A DNA stretch of 64,000 bases, from assembly GCA_964016885.1 (NCBI GenBank), contig OZ024740.1, forward strand, positions 67,332,001 through 67,396,000, given 5' to 3'. Position numbers and translations under genes: made by a program. Shown here piece after piece: positions 57,804 to 64,000 of the stretch (positions within the stretch are counted from its first letter, which is position 1; each line of letters opens with the position of its first letter). The stretch comes from Eledone cirrhosa (lineage: Eukaryota). The notes beneath the pieces are model-generated. The model did not search any database, had not been told where the DNA came from, and saw only the letters and a list, made by a program, of their open reading frames with translations.

Positions 57804-58178
57804 AATACATTAGAAATTGTAAAACATGTTTATCTTGAAGTATGTACACTAAGACAAAATAAGATAAAAGTTTATATGCTTTACTGTGTGATAAACATTG
57901 GTTAGAGATACTCATTTTCGTGTTGTGCGAAGTTGTCGGATTTGTATTAATTACCAGTATCACTAACATAGCGTGGTTCATAACAAGTGTGTATATGAAG
58001 GCATCCTCATACATATAAGTCCCGTGGTATATTTGCAAAGACTATTGATATCAGCAGTACTAAAAAGTGTGAATGATCCCACAAAAGCCATTACCACATT
58101 AAACAAGTCACTGTGTGGGTTGTCTAAGAGATTTATTTACTCCAGCTTTTAACAAGATCATCCTCAAAAGCACGCATT

Positions 58179-58247
<69 letters not shown>

Positions 58248-58399
58248 CTATATATATAAGGCTGTGCTATTCATGGTGATCTTTATATATAGATATGAGT
58301 GCGCGCGCGCGCGTGTGTGTGCGAGAGCGTGTGTGATTGAGTGTGTGTGGGTGTGTTTGTTATGCGTTTTAATATATATTTTTTCCAAAAGTCCACTAG

Positions 58400-60250
58400 C
58401 GCTAGGGTAACAGAGACGGGGACAGTTAGAGGATACTATTGTTTGTGTTTATTTGAGGCCTCAGCAGATGATGGCCGTTTAGCACCAATCCTATGGGCAA
58501 CTGAGCTGCTCTTTTCCTCTGCTGGATGACAAATCATATCTGCTTAGACAATGCACTGCTTTCCCTTATTGGGAGGGAACGAGAAAAGGAGCCCTAAAAA
58601 TTACATAAAGACTTGTCATCTTACTGCAGCTGACCGGTTATCCACTATGCAGTAGTAACACACATAAAGGCATAGATAAAAAAAAATCTCATTAAAGTTT
58701 GGTTTTGAAATGTCCAAAGCCGTCAGGATAGCGTAAACTCACGAGAAGAGAAAACTGTTCCTGTTCAAAGACATGGTAGCATTAAGTGGTCTGAAAAAGA
58801 AGAAGATGCAATACACACGCAAGATTTTTCTATTAGAAATAAGTTAGGAAATATATTGACCTTTTTATAATATGTGGTGAGTGAGCATTGAAATTTAAAC
58901 TTGTTGGCGAAATTAGCTTAATCCTAATCAAACTCCAAGATTCAGAGATTCACAACTTTTAATAGAAATTATCTCTTATTGTCAGAACCATAGGTTATCA
59001 TGATAGACACCCGGTAGTTTGGGACACCAATGCCAGAATTTGGTCAGATCATAAGTCCTGGAGAAATGTTTTTGACTGTCATGGATTTGGAAATATGAAG
59101 AGAAATGTATTTTGCTTTCTCTATTTTTACAATGAACATGACCTCCTTATCCCCATCACTATGTTTCAACAACCTATCCCAATGAAAACCTCTTACATAC
59201 ATCCTTGTGCAAAAGAATGGCATTTGATTGACTTCATTTTGACGAAAAATGTGTCATCGCAACATTCGTCTTCTTTCAAAGCACATGTTGATTATCTAAT
59301 CATTCAGTGAAAATAATTTTATGTCTCTTGTTTGCAGATAAGTGGTTCTAGTAGTTAATTCATTCCAAGATGCACAAGTGGTTGTAAGCCGGTTTTCATC
59401 GGTGACAAAAACATTTGGTCTAACGAAAAGTGAGAAAACGTCATAAACCTTATACCAGCAAAGCCCACAAAGAACAGGCATGTCACTACCTAGGTCCAAA
59501 TACATTGCACCATCATGTCAAATTCTAATGGAATATAAACCTCAAAATTATATGAAGTTCTTCCCAAACATAGGAAATAAAATCAATTCCATCGCTTCTT
59601 TAGACGATGAAATAGTACATAGCATCGCCAAGGTTAGTGACGCCTTTAGAAAGCGATGGGAATGGTATAGAATGAGAGAGTGTAGAGTTTGAAAACCAAA
59701 TCTGTGTTTAACATTGCTGTATAAGCGATGTCTCAAAAATATCAGTGGTTTCACTTGGAAAGACTAAGTGTTCAATGAACAGTTGTTTCACAAATGTGAT
59801 CACAAAGCTTAGAGGCCTTAGTGATGTTTCAATAAAGATGGGCTGGCCATGTTGCTAGGATAAATGAAGAAAGACTGCCGAAAATTCTCACGTATGGTTA
59901 ACTTCAAGCGGACGTGCGAAACTTATGAATAACTCTTCTTAGATACAATGATAAATTGAATAATAATATCAAGCCTACTGGAATACAACCATCAGAATTT
60001 GGAAACCGTGATAGTAAAACTATATAAATGGACTTAGGCGTCGTATCGACCCAACGATTGAGTACCAAGTTGATCTAATGCAAAGTGAAAAGAAAACAGT
60101 TTCTGTTCAACGATTTGTGTGTGGAGCGTGTGGTCTGGTCTGCAAAAATAGGACAAGTTTAATGACTCACAGGAGACATAGTCACTAAAATGTTGAATAA
60201 GTGCAAAGGAAACAGTTTAGCCCTCACTCTTCGAACACGATGAAAGATTT
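58400..60250 (+). mobile_element. Heavily decayed, internally deleted RTE/BovB-like LINE (duplicated at ~61035-62885)
   Basis: ITMFQQP..KTSYIHPCAKEWHLIDFIL (EN end); LDDEIVHSIAKVSDAFRK; RWAGHVARINEERLPKILTYG. Confidence 0.75.
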
Positions 60251-60295
<45 letters not shown>

Positions 60296-60324
60296 AAAAG
60301 GAGGTCAAGTATGTTATAAATAGC

Positions 60325-60371
60325 TGCTCCGAAGAATCCAAACCTCGGTTTGGAGGAAACAATTGTAAGCA
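60325..60371 (+). ncRNA. Hammerhead motif, U4 mutated to C
   Basis: tgct CCGAAGA a tccaaac-ctcg-gtttgga g GAAA caattg TA agca. Confidence 0.7.
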
Positions 60372-60406
60372 AATAAATGACTTAAACTGAGCTTTGATTA
60401 CTGTAA

Positions 60407-60444
<38 letters not shown>

Positions 60445-60819
60445 AATACATTAGAAATTGTAAAACATGTTTATCTTGAAGTATGTACACTAAGACAAAA
60501 TAAGATAAAAGTTTATATGCTTTACTGTGTGATAAACATTGGTTAGAGATACTCATTTTCGTGTTGTGCGAAGTTGTCGGATTTGTATTAATTACCAGTA
60601 TCACTAACATAGCGTGGTTCATAACAAGTGTGTATATGAAGGCATCCTCATACATATAAGTCCCGTGGTATATTTGCAAAGACTATTGATATCAGCAGTA
60701 CTAAAAAGTGTGAATGATCCCACAAAAGCCATTACCACATTAAACAAGTCACTGTGTGGGTTGTCTAAGAGATTTATTTACTCCAGCTTTTAACAAGATC
60801 ATCCTCAAAAGCACGCATT

Positions 60820-60882
<63 letters not shown>

Positions 60883-62885
60883 CTATATATATAAGGCTGT
60901 GCTATTCATGGTGATCTTTATATATAGATATGAGTGCGCGCGCGCGCGTGTGTGTGCGAGAGCGTGTGTGATTGAGTGTGTGTGGGTGTGTTTGTTATGC
61001 GTTTTAATATATATTTTTTCCAAAAGTCCACTAGCGCTAGGGTAACAGAGACGGGGACAGTTAGAGGATACTATTGTTTGTGTTTATTTGAGGCCTCAGC
61101 AGATGATGGCCGTTTAGCACCAATCCTATGGGCAACTGAGCTGCTCTTTTCCTCTGCTGGATGACAAATCATATCTGCTTAGACAATGCACTGCTTTCCC
61201 TTATTGGGAGGGAACGAGAAAAGGAGCCCTAAAAATTACATAAAGACTTGTCATCTTACTGCAGCTGACCGGTTATCCACTATGCAGTAGTAACACACAT
61301 AAAGGCATAGATAAAAAAAAATCTCATTAAAGTTTGGTTTTGAAATGTCCAAAGCCGTCAGGATAGCGTAAACTCACGAGAAGAGAAAACTGTTCCTGTT
61401 CAAAGACATGGTAGCATTAAGTGGTCTGAAAAAGAAGAAGATGCAATACACACGCAAGATTTTTCTATTAGAAATAAGTTAGGAAATATATTGACCTTTT
61501 TATAATATGTGGTGAGTGAGCATTGAAATTTAAACTTGTTGGCGAAATTAGCTTAATCCTAATCAAACTCCAAGATTCAGAGATTCACAACTTTTAATAG
61601 AAATTATCTCTTATTGTCAGAACCATAGGTTATCATGATAGACACCCGGTAGTTTGGGACACCAATGCCAGAATTTGGTCAGATCATAAGTCCTGGAGAA
61701 ATGTTTTTGACTGTCATGGATTTGGAAATATGAAGAGAAATGTATTTTGCTTTCTCTATTTTTACAATGAACATGACCTCCTTATCCCCATCACTATGTT
61801 TCAACAACCTATCCCAATGAAAACCTCTTACATACATCCTTGTGCAAAAGAATGGCATTTGATTGACTTCATTTTGACGAAAAATGTGTCATCGCAACAT
61901 TCGTCTTCTTTCAAAGCACATGTTGATTATCTAATCATTCAGTGAAAATAATTTTATGTCTCTTGTTTGCAGATAAGTGGTTCTAGTAGTTAATTCATTC
62001 CAAGATGCACAAGTGGTTGTAAGCCGGTTTTCATCGGTGACAAAAACATTTGGTCTAACGAAAAGTGAGAAAACGTCATAAACCTTATACCAGCAAAGCC
62101 CACAAAGAACAGGCATGTCACTACCTAGGTCCAAATACATTGCACCATCATGTCAAATTCTAATGGAATATAAACCTCAAAATTATATGAAGTTCTTCCC
62201 AAACATAGGAAATAAAATCAATTCCATCGCTTCTTTAGACGATGAAATAGTACATAGCATCGCCAAGGTTAGTGACGCCTTTAGAAAGCGATGGGAATGG
62301 TATAGAATGAGAGAGTGTAGAGTTTGAAAACCAAATCTGTGTTTAACATTGCTGTATAAGCGATGTCTCAAAAATATCAGTGGTTTCACTTGGAAAGACT
62401 AAGTGTTCAATGAACAGTTGTTTCACAAATGTGATCACAAAGCTTAGAGGCCTTAGTGATGTTTCAATAAAGATGGGCTGGCCATGTTGCTAGGATAAAT
62501 GAAGAAAGACTGCCGAAAATTCTCACGTATGGTTAACTTCAAGCGGACGTGCGAAACTTATGAATAACTCTTCTTAGATACAATGATAAATTGAATAATA
62601 ATATCAAGCCTACTGGAATACAACCATCAGAATTTGGAAACCGTGATAGTAAAACTATATAAATGGACTTAGGCGTCGTATCGACCCAACGATTGAGTAC
62701 CAAGTTGATCTAATGCAAAGTGAAAAGAAAACAGTTTCTGTTCAACGATTTGTGTGTGGAGCGTGTGGTCTGGTCTGCAAAAATAGGACAAGTTTAATGA
62801 CTCACAGGAGACATAGTCACTAAAATGTTGAATAAGTGCAAAGGAAACAGTTTAGCCCTCACTCTTCGAACACGATGAAAGATTT

Positions 62886-62930
<45 letters not shown>

Positions 62931-62959
62931 AAAAGGAGGTCAAGTATGTTATAAATAGC

Positions 62960-63006
62960 TGCTCCGAAGAATCCAAACCTCGGTTTGGAGGAAACAATTG
63001 TAAGCA
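62960..63006 (+). ncRNA. Identical hammerhead motif in the second duplication unit
   Basis: Same sequence as 60325-60371. Confidence 0.7.
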
Positions 63007-63041
63007 AATAAATGACTTAAACTGAGCTTTGATTACTGTAA

Positions 63042-63111
<70 letters not shown>

Positions 63112-63145
63112 GGTGGGTGTTTGTGCGTGTGTGCGTGTGTGTGTA

Positions 63146-63336
63146 TAATTGTTTCTACTTTTGGCACAAGCTAGCAATTACCCAGTGCATTACTGGTACT
63201 TTATTTTATCGACCCCGTAAGGATGAAAGGCAAATTAAACCTCGACGGGATTTGAACACAGTCCGTAAATGGACGTAACTATGTTGCAAAGCATAGTGTC
63301 CGCCGATCCTCTACCGATACTGCCAATTCACCGCCC
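63146..63336 (-). mobile_element. Full-length SINE copy; another begins at ~63947 and runs off the window
   Basis: Family consensus. Confidence 0.9.
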
Positions 63337-63917
63337 TTATATATGTATGTATAATGCATAACGAATATATGCATAACGAGAATAAGCATAAGAATGACAA
63401 ATTCGAGATGAGGTTCAAAGTAAGAAATACTCACGTTGTGAAACATTTGTTCATGCAGTGTATGTTTATGTTATAAGCGTGTGATTCACTAAACCGTCCG
63501 TGTTGTTTGGGATTTTATATGTTATAGTAAGTTAAGGAGGGGCCATAGCATATAGTGTTAATATGTTCATGCAGTCGCAGAAGCTGATATAGGTCTACAT
63601 ATACATACATACTGACATATATACACACAAACACACACACACACACACACATAAATGCATCCATCCATACATAAACACACACTCATATATGTATATATAT
63701 ATATATGTGTCACCCATGCATACATTCACACACATATATGCATTTGTTTATAAACAATTATATCAGTACGCCTAGAGTACAGTAAAACATACGAACGAAG
63801 CCCCCATTTCCCCACGCATGCACATATATTTATACATATGTAATGTGTATATCTATACCCCCCTCTCTCTCTCTATATATATATATATATACATATCCAT
63901 ATGTGTGTACGTGCTTG

Positions 63918-63951
<34 letters not shown>

Positions 63952-64000
63952 GTTTCTTCTTTTGGCACAAGGCCAGCAATTATCCAGTACATTACTGGAA

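Larger units (their letters stand above)
57770..63043. repeat. Tandem duplication, period 2635 bp (57770-60408 and 60409-63043)
   Basis: Identical ORFs at +2635 offset; only microsatellite lengths appear to differ. Confidence 0.97.

Overview
AT-rich, microsatellite-saturated animal genomic DNA. The SINE family and repeat landscape suggest a coleoid cephalopod (Octopus-like); this is an inference. No intact host gene is recognisable, and most listed ORFs are (TA)n/(CA)n artefacts or antisense frames. Main content: (1) a ~19 kb minus-strand, head-to-tail, alternating array of two Tx1-clade (L1 group) LINE families, A2-(ATT)n-B-(ATT)n-A1-(ATT)n-B' at 14.2-33.3 kb, with an RTE-type LINE nested in B's 3' UTR and an R4/Dong-like RLE LINE fused head-to-head at 33.3 kb. 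All three full ORF1 ends carry a conserved AG|GTAAGT motif. (2) A 5'-truncated third Tx1 family inserted in (TATC)n/(TA)n with a 19-bp TSD. (3) Three Penelope-like (GIY-YIG) fragments plus many short pseudo-LTR-like inserts in or beside (TA)n tracts, carrying about ten minimal type-I hammerhead ribozyme motifs. Several have intact cores (12107-12181, 46856-46897, 42575-42610) and one has a compensatory U3-A8 core (42895-42930). Many inserts have fold-back ends. (4) About 19 copies of a tRNA-derived SINE. (5) A near-identical 2.635 kb tandem duplication at 57.8-63.0 kb. All coordinates were read by eye; element boundaries may be off by tens of bp.
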